Of a stretch of DNA of 64,000 nt, positions 20,583 through 29,598 are shown one piece after another. Numbering within the stretch: the stretch's first letter is position 1; each line of letters starts with the position of its first letter. Location of the stretch: contig JAQWHM010000011.1 in the NCBI GenBank assembly GCA_029249345.1, positions 111,673 through 175,672 on the forward strand, given 5' to 3'. This stretch comes from Rhodothermales bacterium. GTDB taxonomy: Bacteria > Bacteroidota > Rhodothermia > Rhodothermales > UBA10348. The notes under the pieces are model-generated. The model ran no database searches, was not told the origin of the DNA, and worked only from the letters and a program-made list of their open reading frames with translations. A program made the translations under genes and the position numbers.

Positions 20583-22879
20583 TGCACATCTACCCTGAGA
20601 CCAATACTTGGGATGATCGGGAGTTGATCAACCCGGTTTCCCGTGAAAATGTTGTATTCAAATATGTTCGCTCGATCATACGCGTTAATCAGTCCAACCA
20701 TGGCTGTTACATCTGCAAACGTGAACGTCTTTTTGCGCTCATAGGTCACGTCAAGTCGATGATAGGAGGGTAGTCGAGAACCATATGGGTCTGCACGAGA
20801 AACAGATACGCTGCCGGGTGCCGTTACAAAATCAGTGTTTCCGGCTTCCACTTCTGAGGACAAGCCAGCATAATATCCGTTGACCTGAGTGAAAGGCAGG
20901 CCTGATCCATACTGCCAGCGGACACCAAGTTTATTGGCTCCGAGCTGGTACTGAAACATAATGTTTACCTGATCTCGGCGGTCATGAGGTGGGTTAAAAG
21001 TAATCGGATCGAGATAGGTGGCGCCTCCAACTGAAGGGCGAAATATGCCTTTTGCACGTTGAAAAGGCCGGTTATACTCCACGAAACCCCGGCTGTAGGA
21101 AAGCGAGAAAAACACGTCTTGATTTGTGATCTCCACTTTGGTGTCTATCCCTTGGGCGTAGCCATTGACAGAGGAAAACTGTGCAACCTTGTTGATCACC
21201 GTTCCAAACACAGGGAAGGAAAGACTGCTCAGGTTCTTTCGGTACACTTCCGTCGTCAACTCTAACCAAGGCAGGGGCCTTCCTTTCCAACCAGCCATCA
21301 TGTGCATGGCTTTGGGAACGGGCGTGTTGTTGGGTGATGCCGCCCAGACAGTAAAGACGTCAGAAACGTCTTGTTCATTGTTCAATCCAACGATTTGTTG
21401 ATGATATCGCCCCCAGGCGGCACTGAATTGATGATGCCCCCCTTGGCCTCCCGGCTGAAAAATGAGTCGCAAGCGCGGGCCAAACGAATTTTTTAGTCCT
21501 CTGGAAAATATTTCAAGCCTTGCTCCCGGCTCAATTCTCAAATAATCAGATATCTGAAATTGTCCTTCGATGAATGACCCCACACTCGTGACTCCAGTTG
21601 CACCTGCCGTTCCAAGCCGACCCAATTTGTAGTCGAAGAAATTGGTGTTTCCAAAAATGCCAAAGTGGATTTGATTGGGACCTAGCAGATAGGTAAAGTC
21701 GATACTCATTAAGACGTCTTCGATATCAGAGGTTCGCAATTCATCGCGAGTAGGTCGATATCTGCTCTTCAGGCTGGAATAATACACTGACAAGGAAGTC
21801 ATTACTGCTTGAGACTCCGGCAGGTACATATACTTCATCCCATAGGCCGCGTTCTTCCACGTTGACTTCCTGTAGGCATCTGGATCTAAATCACCACCCG
21901 TCGCCAAGTTACCTTCGTCATGCGTCTGCAAAGCGGTTAGGGTCAGACTACTAGTCTGATTTAGATACGAGTGTAGCTTTGCATATCGATCTCCAAATCG
22001 AAACGGAAGATCCGAACCCAGAAGTCCAGGGCTTACGCGGTCAATCAACGATTCCCGAACGGAGAGCATTACGGAAGTATCGCCTTTACGAACAGGCAAA
22101 GACACTTGCGCTCCACTTAAAAACGGAGCCACCGAAGCCGATACTTCCACCTTTTCCTTGTTTCCGTTTCGCGTCTTTATGTCTATTACAGAGGAAATCC
22201 GACCTCCATACCGCGCGTTAAAACCACCTGCATACACATCGGCGTAGGAAATGATATCGGCAGGGAAGGCGCTGTAGAATCCGACAACGTGAAAAGGTTG
22301 AAATACCCGCATCCCGTCTATCAAAACGAGGTTCTGGGTAGGCGTTCCTCCACGAATAAACAGTTGCCCCCCTCGGTCCCCAGTGGACACCACGCCCGGC
22401 AGGGTAACTAGATATCCTGCTAGGTCGTAGGACACATCAGGCATCGGTACTCGAGACAAGTCCTCTGGTCGAATGGTTTCGAGACCAGCTACAAATCGAC
22501 TTTCATCAAGTTGCTGTGTCTCAACCAAAATTTCCTCTAGAAACGTCTGGACCGGGGCCAAATACATGTCTAGACGTTCCGTTAAAGGAAGATCCAACGT
22601 ATCGGTTTTGGACTGAAAGCCCACAAAAGAGGCGGTTAAAACGTACGTGCCGGCAGAGAGATCTTTAAACTCAAAGCGTCCTCGGGGACCCGTCGCCTGG
22701 CCACCGATTTGGACGCCATTTCTGGTCAATAAAAGCGTGGCGCCCGGAAGTGTAAGCCGAGATTCGGCATCTAAAACGCGTCCCTGCAGAGAAGACGTGT
22801 CCTGCGCAAAAACGGGAGAAGTGAACCAGGCCAGAAAACAAGCCAAGGCTACAGAAAGCCAGATTGGCTTAATGGACAT
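20579..22879 (-). CDS. TonB-dependent receptor, paralog of 17345-19681
   Basis: Signal peptide from ATG 22879 (MSIKPIWLSVAL); GDRGGQLFIRGG, GGRISSVIDIKTRNGN, RLPSYHRLDV. Confidence 0.92.
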   Translation of the reverse strand: MSIKPIWLSVALACFLAWFTSPVFAQDTSSLQGRVLDAESRLTLPGATLLLTRNGVQIGGQATGPRGRFEFKDLSAGTYVLTASFVGFQSKTDTLDLPLTERLDMYLAPVQTFLEEILVETQQLDESRFVAGLETIRPEDLSRVPMPDVSYDLAGYLVTLPGVVSTGDRGGQLFIRGGTPTQNLVLIDGMRVFQPFHVVGFYSAFPADIISYADVYAGGFNARYGGRISSVIDIKTRNGNKEKVEVSASVAPFLSGAQVSLPVRKGDTSVMLSVRESLIDRVSPGLLGSDLPFRFGDRYAKLHSYLNQTSSLTLTALQTHDEGNLATGGDLDPDAYRKSTWKNAAYGMKYMYLPESQAVMTSLSVYYSSLKSRYRPTRDELRTSDIEDVLMSIDFTYLLGPNQIHFGIFGNTNFFDYKLGRLGTAGATGVTSVGSFIEGQFQISDYLRIEPGARLEIFSRGLKNSFGPRLRLIFQPGGQGGHHQFSAAWGRYHQQIVGLNNEQDVSDVFTVWAASPNNTPVPKAMHMMAGWKGRPLPWLELTTEVYRKNLSSLSFPVFGTVINKVAQFSSVNGYAQGIDTKVEITNQDVFFSLSYSRGFVEYNRPFQRAKGIFRPSVGGATYLDPITFNPPHDRRDQVNIMFQYQLGANKLGVRWQYGSGLPFTQVNGYYAGLSSEVEAGNTDFVTAPGSVSVSRADPYGSRLPSYHRLDVTYERKKTFTFADVTAMVGLINAYDRANIFEYNIFTGNRVDQLPIIPSIGLRVDVQ

Positions 22880-23115
22880 AAGACCATACCCGTCGCGTTC
22901 ATGGCGCGACTTGCCTATTCTTCCAAAAATAAGGGGGGAAGGGAATCTCAATGCCTGATTGGGTGGGGCTTCAAGTAAATTGCCGACGAATATTCCGGCA
23001 TAAATCATTCAGGAGCAACCCATTTTTTTATTCATTCGTATACTCATTATTAGGTTGTATAAGGTGTTTTGATAATCTCCTTATCCGGTACCATCCTAAA
23101 TCAGGATTTATTTCA

Positions 23116-23355
23116 ATGAAACGACGTGCCCGATTTTACTTGATTCTCGTGCTGAGTGTCTTCATCGCTTTCGTATTAATCGACTCACTCGGTGCATTCG
23201 ATTCGAAATCTTGGTTTGAAGTACCTCACGGAAATCACTCTCATTATCTGCCTAAGGACTGTGATCCAGCCCTTGCTGTTGGCGATGCCCCAACCACCAA
23301 ACCACGCGCAGATCAGGAAATAGATTGTCAGGGCCAGATTGTCCCCATTCAATAG
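23116..23355 (+). CDS. Small membrane-anchored protein with histidine-triad-like motif (79 aa)
   Basis: MKRRARF + one TM helix + EVPHGNHSHY + two Cys; ATG 23116 is in frame with the track ORF at 22951. Confidence 0.7.
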   Translation: MKRRARFYLILVLSVFIAFVLIDSLGAFDSKSWFEVPHGNHSHYLPKDCDPALAVGDAPTTKPRADQEIDCQGQIVPIQ

Positions 23356-23359
23356 GCCA

Positions 23360-25417
23360 TCAGTTTCCAGAAACGATTAGTGTCCGATCCACAATTCGAG
23401 GACCACTTCGCACACGCAGCAGGTAGAGCCCAGGAGGAACGTTTCCAAATTGAAGGACATGCCCTGACAGGCCATTTGGAATAAGCTGAACTGTCTTATT
23501 TCCCACTAGTTGACCAAGGGCATTCAACATTTCAACATCCGCCTGCGAACGGAGCGATCCGTTGTCTATTTCAAAACAAATCATATCCCTAGCAGGGTTA
23601 GGAAAGGCCTTCACGTTGAGGGTCGTAGGAATTTCGCCGAAAGTCGCTCGATCTGTTGATTTGAAGGAAACGTCCTTCAGTATCCAATTCTCAGGATCGA
23701 CCCTGACTGAAATGGGGGCCGAGTCAACATCAATCTCATAGACCTGCTCTCTCAAATCGTTTTCCACATTGAGCAAAAGGGTCTTATCTGCTGTTTTTAG
23801 CTCAAGCCACACGGGCATTTCAAATATGTGCACGGCCGAATCGTCAATTTCTTGCACTTGGCGAAGCGTGATTCTAGCACGATAATTCCCGTTGATGCCA
23901 ACGTCCATAACCTCTGCTTGATAAACCGGATAGCCCGTTCCGGAATACACCCATTGATCGAAAAATGTATCAAAGGACCGGCCAGTAACTTGCTCCACCA
24001 CAGCTTGGAAATCAGCCGACTCCACGATCCCATAGGCATGCTTGGGTAAGGTGGCGTAGGTTCGCATAATGTCCTTCATCACTGCATCTCCAACCATCCC
24101 GTTAATCATGCGAAGGACCATCCACCCTTTTGCATACACGTTCGCAAAGTTGAACATGCTATTTACGTTGGACGTGTCACTCAAAACCAGCGTCCCTGTG
24201 GCATATTTAGATCGTTCGTAATACAGGTCTTTTAAAAGGTTGCCAAGCGCGCGGTATTTGGGGTCAGAATCAAAAACAACAAACTCTCCAAACGTCGCAA
24301 AGCCTTCATTAAGCCATAAATGCGGCCAGGATTTGGTGGTTAGCTTATCCCCAAACCACTGATGAGTCAGCTCATGTGCAATTAACTCCGCACCAATATT
24401 TCCCATCGATGACATGGTTTGATGCTCCATCCCTCCTCTGATCGGAAAATGAGCGTGCCCGTATTTCTCCTCCTCAAACGGATAGGGACCAAACCAATCC
24501 TCATAGACAGGCATCATTTCTTTGGCCAGCCTCCACCCACTGGTACTACTTATTCCTTGGTAGGCGTTGCTGCCGGCAAACGAAAAGTGAACGATCGGAA
24601 AAGTAGCAGGACCGTATCTATTTGCTAGATCGCCTGGGCGATCATACTGCTCTGTCGTCCTGTCGTAATCAGCAATGGCCAAAAAAACGAGATAGGTTGA
24701 AATCGGATATCTATGCAGCCAGTCAAACTTGGTACTTCCATTCGGCAGATCGGACTCTGATATGAGGACACCGTTGGATCCCACGGTGAACGGTTTGGGT
24801 ACCGTTACGGTAATACGGACGGAGTCTGCTTTGTCCGATGGATGATCATCTGATGGCCACCAATCTTTGGCTCCGTAGGGTTCAGATAACGTCCACATAA
24901 TATCAGGATACACCGCATCGTTCCGAATACTTTCAAACGAGCCAAATCCGGTTCCTTGAGGATCTCCCTCATAGACTAAGTCTAATGCATAGAAGTCGCC
25001 GGCCTGAAGGGTTTCAGGTAGCTGGACAAAGACACGATCGGTTCTGTGCTCCCACGGCAACACCGTACCCTCTGAGGAAATGACAAAACTCACACTCAAC
25101 AGATTAGATAAATCAAACTCCAGCGTCCGTAAAACAGAACATGCAACACCCTCAATACGGACCCTCCCGACGAGAAGAGGGGATCGAGTTTGGGCAAGAT
25201 CTAGCGTCAGATGATAATAGGTAACATCAAAGGCATCGCTGTTGGCAGAGGCCGGTCCACCAGACTTTTGGGCAGGAGCGACTCGGGGCATATGAGCCGG
25301 AAAAGCGGTAACCGGTTGTTCTTGAGCCCAAACACGAGAGGGCATACAAGCTGTAACGAGAAGAATCAGCATGACCCTAAATCCTCGTCTGGAAACGAGA
25401 TCGTGACCATGTAGCAT
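23360..25417 (-). CDS. Secreted M1 family aminopeptidase with T9SS C-terminal domain
   Basis: GGMEHQ, AHELTHQW...WLNEGFA (HExxH-x18-E), YAKG; FPNPA...GLYLLRV CTD; SD TAAGGAGG 8 nt upstream. Confidence 0.92.
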   Translation of the reverse strand: MLHGHDLVSRRGFRVMLILLVTACMPSRVWAQEQPVTAFPAHMPRVAPAQKSGGPASANSDAFDVTYYHLTLDLAQTRSPLLVGRVRIEGVACSVLRTLEFDLSNLLSVSFVISSEGTVLPWEHRTDRVFVQLPETLQAGDFYALDLVYEGDPQGTGFGSFESIRNDAVYPDIMWTLSEPYGAKDWWPSDDHPSDKADSVRITVTVPKPFTVGSNGVLISESDLPNGSTKFDWLHRYPISTYLVFLAIADYDRTTEQYDRPGDLANRYGPATFPIVHFSFAGSNAYQGISSTSGWRLAKEMMPVYEDWFGPYPFEEEKYGHAHFPIRGGMEHQTMSSMGNIGAELIAHELTHQWFGDKLTTKSWPHLWLNEGFATFGEFVVFDSDPKYRALGNLLKDLYYERSKYATGTLVLSDTSNVNSMFNFANVYAKGWMVLRMINGMVGDAVMKDIMRTYATLPKHAYGIVESADFQAVVEQVTGRSFDTFFDQWVYSGTGYPVYQAEVMDVGINGNYRARITLRQVQEIDDSAVHIFEMPVWLELKTADKTLLLNVENDLREQVYEIDVDSAPISVRVDPENWILKDVSFKSTDRATFGEIPTTLNVKAFPNPARDMICFEIDNGSLRSQADVEMLNALGQLVGNKTVQLIPNGLSGHVLQFGNVPPGLYLLRVRSGPRIVDRTLIVSGN

Positions 25418-25634
25418 GTGAGCAACCTCCTTACGGCTCAGGCGTGTGTGGCGAATCTTAGATCTGGAAACCCATTCGATACAAGAATGTACCGCTCAAT
25501 AGATATTTTACCGAGGTGAAATCCCTGAATTGAAGTGGAGGAATGCTGTACAGACTTCTGAACTTGCATCGTACGCACAGGCTACTTCTCCCCAAATCGC
25601 CTAACGTCACCTGCATACCATCTGAACTACTCCC

Positions 25635-26225
25635 ATGAAACGACTCCTTCCTCTACTCCTGATTTTTGCTTTCGCCACCGGATCGGTTGCTCAGGAAACT
25701 CCGGAAAAAGAAAACAAACCTATTCGAATCGACCGGAATCATTCCACCGTTGGATTCAACGTTCCGATTGTAATGGGCCTTTCTAAAGTAACAGGCAAGT
25801 TCACTGACTTCTCGGTAGATCTAATCTGGGATGCATCTAATCTTGAGGCGTCATCTGTTCGCGTCACGATTCAGGCTGCATCAATCGACACAGGTATTGA
25901 CGGTCGAAATGAGCACTTGCGCTCCGACGACTTCTTCGATGTTGAAGTCCATCCAGAAATTAGCTTTGTCAGTTCATCCATCTTGCGTCGAGGAGATGAG
26001 TATTTCGCCCAAGGCGTGTTCACCATGCACGGCGTTTCGAAGGACATCTTCTTACCCTTCTCCATTCGGAGCTTCCAAGACGCGGCCAATGATAGCGACT
26101 GGACCGCCTTTACCGTGGATTACACAATAGACCGTACGGATTACAACATGAACTGGACCCACAGCAGCGTAGACTATTTCGTTGGCAACAATATCCAGGC
26201 GGATATCGTGATCATTACTCGGTAA
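25635..26225 (+). CDS. YceI family periplasmic lipid/polyisoprenoid-binding protein
   Basis: Signal peptide; IDRNHSTVGF, ASIDTG...RNEHLRSDDFFDV, IDRTDYNM. Confidence 0.92.
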   Translation: MKRLLPLLLIFAFATGSVAQETPEKENKPIRIDRNHSTVGFNVPIVMGLSKVTGKFTDFSVDLIWDASNLEASSVRVTIQAASIDTGIDGRNEHLRSDDFFDVEVHPEISFVSSSILRRGDEYFAQGVFTMHGVSKDIFLPFSIRSFQDAANDSDWTAFTVDYTIDRTDYNMNWTHSSVDYFVGNNIQADIVIITR

Positions 26226-26412
26226 TGACCTCGTTAAAGGATGTTCTTCCATCCTTGAGCATTTGTCGAACATATGGAATACAGAGTTTGCAGGACCGCC
26301 CGAATGGGCGGTCCTGCTGTATTTCATAGATGCTCTTCAATTTCTTCTGATCTGCAATGGCTTTCAGCTCCGCAAAGCTCACATTACTGCAGACACAGCG
26401 ATTAATAGCCAC
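26215..26412 (-). CDS. BFD-like (2Fe-2S)-binding small protein
   Basis: RCVC.NVSFAELK...FGRSCKLCIPYV (CxC...CxxC); GTG start 3 nt after the btuG-like stop. Confidence 0.75.
   Translation of the reverse strand: MAINRCVCSNVSFAELKAIADQKKLKSIYEIQQDRPFGRSCKLCIPYVRQMLKDGRTSFNEVITE
26290..26317. terminator. Perfect 12-bp GC-rich hairpin inside the BFD-like ORF; possible terminator for yceI
   Basis: GCAGGACCGCCC-GAAT-GGGCGGTCCTGC followed by TGTATTT on +. Confidence 0.4.
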
Positions 26413-26415
26413 GAT

Positions 26416-27531
26416 TTAGCGTAAGGTTATACTAGAAATGGATGCTCCAGCGACGTACGAATCGTAAACGATACCCGCTCGATTCATGAGTTGAACCGTA
26501 CCGGCCGAGGTAAAGTCTGGAAATGAACCACCTGAAGAAGTAGGAAACCGACCAATAATAAGCTGATCTCTACCTGCATCATAGGCAATGCCTGAAAGGC
26601 CAATCAAACCGTCTGTTTCAGGGACTTGAATGACAGAAGAAACGCTCCTTTCCTCGGTGCTCACCACAACGATTTCTTCAGACGATGAAAGCGTTATAAA
26701 CACTTCTTTGGTGTCTTTTGAGTAATAGCCGGTTTGAGTTCCATTCGTAGAACTGGCCTGCTGGCTGAGCGAGACCCGTCCGGTTACAGATTCTGAACGC
26801 GCGTCAAAGAAAACGACTTCACCCATAGTCTGCTCAAGCACCTGAGTCCATTCGTCGTTGTACACTGTTTTACCCGTGCATACAACAGCAAGCTCCGTAT
26901 CACTGATGACAAAAAGGTCACGAGGACCATCACAACCGATATCCACCGACCTTGATTCTATTTCTCCCGGCAAGAAAACGGATAGAACAGAACCGCTTCC
27001 CAACGAACCGGCGTTTGCAACGATCATCTTATCGGCCACGTTTGCGATCCCCTCTGGCGTCATACCCACCTGAATCGAAGGGCCTATTTCGCCCGTGGCA
27101 AGGGTAATGGGCGTAACGAATCCGGGCTGCTCCCAGACAAAGTTCGTTACATAAAGCACCCCTCCAGATTGTGCTGCGTAGCGTGGCGCCAAGACTGGAG
27201 TAAACTGCTGTTCCAGAGATAAATCGTCCCCGTTAAGCACATCAACACGACCCTCGCTAAACGTATTGACCAGCGCAAAAAAGGTGTCGTCTAGCGAAAC
27301 GACGCCTTGAAGAAACCCGCCTAAATCCGCATGATGAGTAACCGAGCCCTCAGACAAATCGATAGAGGTGATGTATCCATTCTGATCCGAAAAATTACCG
27401 CCATTGGCTACGAGTACCGTGCCCGCTTTGGAAAACGAGTCTTCATCGCTTCCGAGGAGGTCACAACCAGAAAGAAAAAGGGCGAATACAAGAAGCAGGT
27501 GTTTCATGTTCATTGAAAAAGGAGTTGTCAT
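26416..27531 (-). CDS. BtuG/YncE-like beta-propeller lipoprotein (surface cobalamin-binding candidate)
   Basis: Lipobox FLSGC; VLVANGGNFSDQNGYIT; APRY; VGMTPEGI; overlaps the btuB-like stop. Confidence 0.75.
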   Translation of the reverse strand: MTTPFSMNMKHLLLVFALFLSGCDLLGSDEDSFSKAGTVLVANGGNFSDQNGYITSIDLSEGSVTHHADLGGFLQGVVSLDDTFFALVNTFSEGRVDVLNGDDLSLEQQFTPVLAPRYAAQSGGVLYVTNFVWEQPGFVTPITLATGEIGPSIQVGMTPEGIANVADKMIVANAGSLGSGSVLSVFLPGEIESRSVDIGCDGPRDLFVISDTELAVVCTGKTVYNDEWTQVLEQTMGEVVFFDARSESVTGRVSLSQQASSTNGTQTGYYSKDTKEVFITLSSSEEIVVVSTEERSVSSVIQVPETDGLIGLSGIAYDAGRDQLIIGRFPTSSGGSFPDFTSAGTVQLMNRAGIVYDSYVAGASISSITLR

Positions 27532-29438
27532 TTAGTTCGTCGATTGTGAATGGAAATGCCCATTCGTATGTGCCGGCCCGGCATGGGCTGAAATCGTGTA
27601 GTTTCGTAGTCGGAATCCAAGGCATTATCCAAGGCAAACCATCCGTTAATGTGTACTCGGGGTAGACGAAAGCCGGCCTCAATGGACAGGGCGGCCCGTG
27701 TCCATCCGGGAAGCGTGCGCGTTTCATCAGAGGTCACAAATTGAGGGCCTGTGTGGGTGAGCGAGACCCGCACGTCCCAGTTTCCCTTCAGAATCTGGCC
27801 CAGATTCCTATTGATCGATCCTCGCAGCAATCGTTGAGGGTGGTACCTCAATTGCTTGCCAAATGAGCGAGACGATGGATCCGTGCGGTCTTGAGATCGC
27901 ATCCAACTCATCGAAAGTCGGGCGCGCATCTTGTTAGCCGACAGGGTGTGACTCAGTTCTATTCCCTGCCCAACCACTACCCCAATATTTTCTGGCGTCC
28001 AGACTTGCAGCCCAGTGGCAATAAATTGCGGTCTCCAGACAATCTGCTCACGCAACGAATGGTGATAGATGGTGACCCGGGATTGATGCAAGACCGAACG
28101 CAAGCGGATGGCAAATGAAGCGGTTAAATCGGTAGTCAAGCCTGATTCTGAGCGCAACAGCGGATTCCCTCCAGGTACCCAGAACAACTCGTTCAGCGTT
28201 GGATCGCGATAAATGCCTGCGATCTTCCAAAAAAACTGTGCTTTCCTTTTCAATGGAGGAGAAAAGGAGACCGATACGTGAGGGCGAACAGCTGCCGTAG
28301 ACCGCTCCCGATCTTGATTTGATGTTCTTCTGAGCGAACCGTTAGCACCAAAACTAATATCCAATGTCTGCGACATGCGAGATATCGTTTGACGGGCAAG
28401 GAAACGACGGTCATCGGACAGACCGATTGCCCTGCTTCTCTCCACTCCAATCTGGGTAGATGACACCCACCGTCCTACCGCCTTCAGTGCGTTTGCCTCT
28501 GCATCAATGGTGTGAACCTTGAGCTGGGAAGCCCCTGAAACCGGGTGTTCGAAGACCAAGTTGGACGAGTTGGCAGCAACTTGCCAGTTCAACGAGCCGG
28601 CGTTGATCGAACGACTTTGCTTGACCTGAACCCTGTAAAGGTGATCTTCTTGGCGGGCTTCAACCGGTGTTGCGTTGGAAAGCCCCGGTACTCCGCGCTC
28701 GACCGTTGATGCCAACAAGAGAATAGATGCATCGCCTTTTTTTACGGGTCTAGAAACGTGCAGATAAGCTGAGCCGGACCGCTTATCCGCTCCTATTCTA
28801 CGAAGTTTGGGGCGGTCCAAGAGCACCGTGTTTTGATAGACATAATCCCCGCCGTAAGACTCAGCTTGGGCAGCTGCCCGGACGCGGGTACGCCCCATTA
28901 GAGTCTCATACTGCGAAGCGACCGAGCGCCTTCCCCACCGACCACCAGACAAAGAAACAGAACGAGCTTCTTGCTCGATTCCCCCAGTAGAAAGGTGGAT
29001 TGATCCCCCAAGTGCGTTGGGATCCTTTCCATTTGAACCATGAACGACTTCGACGTCCCGGATTAGAAACCCGGGAATGAGAGAGAGATCGAAAACGCCG
29101 GTAGCTGGATTTACCAACCGCATACCGTCCAGAAAAACGCTCGTGCGGGCCGAACCGACCCCCCGCAAGGAAGGTGTAACACTTCCAGTGTCTCCAGCTT
29201 GCATCAAATGGACCAATGAGCCAGCACTAAGAATCGATCCCACGGATGACCCACCACGAAGCCCGGTATCTTGGGCCGAAAATTTCCAGATCGGACCCAA
29301 TGAAACCGTCAGGCTATCTTGAATCTCCAGAGTACCCAGCTCGATCACAGAATCTGGCAAGACTTGTGCCTGTACCTCTTCTGTTATCCCACCTAAAAGC
29401 AGGACAGAGATCGTAACTAAAACGAATGTGTGACTCAT
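27528..29438 (-). CDS. btuB: TonB-dependent receptor, probable cobalamin transporter
   Basis: SLRGVGSARTSVFLDG, DLSLIP, VEVVHG...ALGGSI, PTLNELFW.PGGNP.LRSE, PMPGR; directly downstream of a cobalamin riboswitch. Confidence 0.78.
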   Translation of the reverse strand: MSHTFVLVTISVLLLGGITEEVQAQVLPDSVIELGTLEIQDSLTVSLGPIWKFSAQDTGLRGGSSVGSILSAGSLVHLMQAGDTGSVTPSLRGVGSARTSVFLDGMRLVNPATGVFDLSLIPGFLIRDVEVVHGSNGKDPNALGGSIHLSTGGIEQEARSVSLSGGRWGRRSVASQYETLMGRTRVRAAAQAESYGGDYVYQNTVLLDRPKLRRIGADKRSGSAYLHVSRPVKKGDASILLLASTVERGVPGLSNATPVEARQEDHLYRVQVKQSRSINAGSLNWQVAANSSNLVFEHPVSGASQLKVHTIDAEANALKAVGRWVSSTQIGVERSRAIGLSDDRRFLARQTISRMSQTLDISFGANGSLRRTSNQDRERSTAAVRPHVSVSFSPPLKRKAQFFWKIAGIYRDPTLNELFWVPGGNPLLRSESGLTTDLTASFAIRLRSVLHQSRVTIYHHSLREQIVWRPQFIATGLQVWTPENIGVVVGQGIELSHTLSANKMRARLSMSWMRSQDRTDPSSRSFGKQLRYHPQRLLRGSINRNLGQILKGNWDVRVSLTHTGPQFVTSDETRTLPGWTRAALSIEAGFRLPRVHINGWFALDNALDSDYETTRFQPMPGRHIRMGISIHNRRTK

Positions 29439-29472
29439 AAAAAAAGGCCTATCCCCAAATGGGTATAGGCCT
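29439..29472 (-). terminator. Intrinsic terminator abutting the btuB start codon (probable riboswitch expression platform)
   Basis: Minus strand AGGCCTATACCC-ATTT-GGGGATAGGCC-TTTTTTT-ATG. Confidence 0.75.
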
Positions 29473-29598
29473 ACGAATCAGACGCACATAACCAAAAGCA
29501 TTCCGCGATTTTCTATACCTCATGGATATAAAAACGCAATCACGCCTGATTAAACTCCGTAGCACCCACACCCCTGATCCCGGAGGTTGATGGCACAG

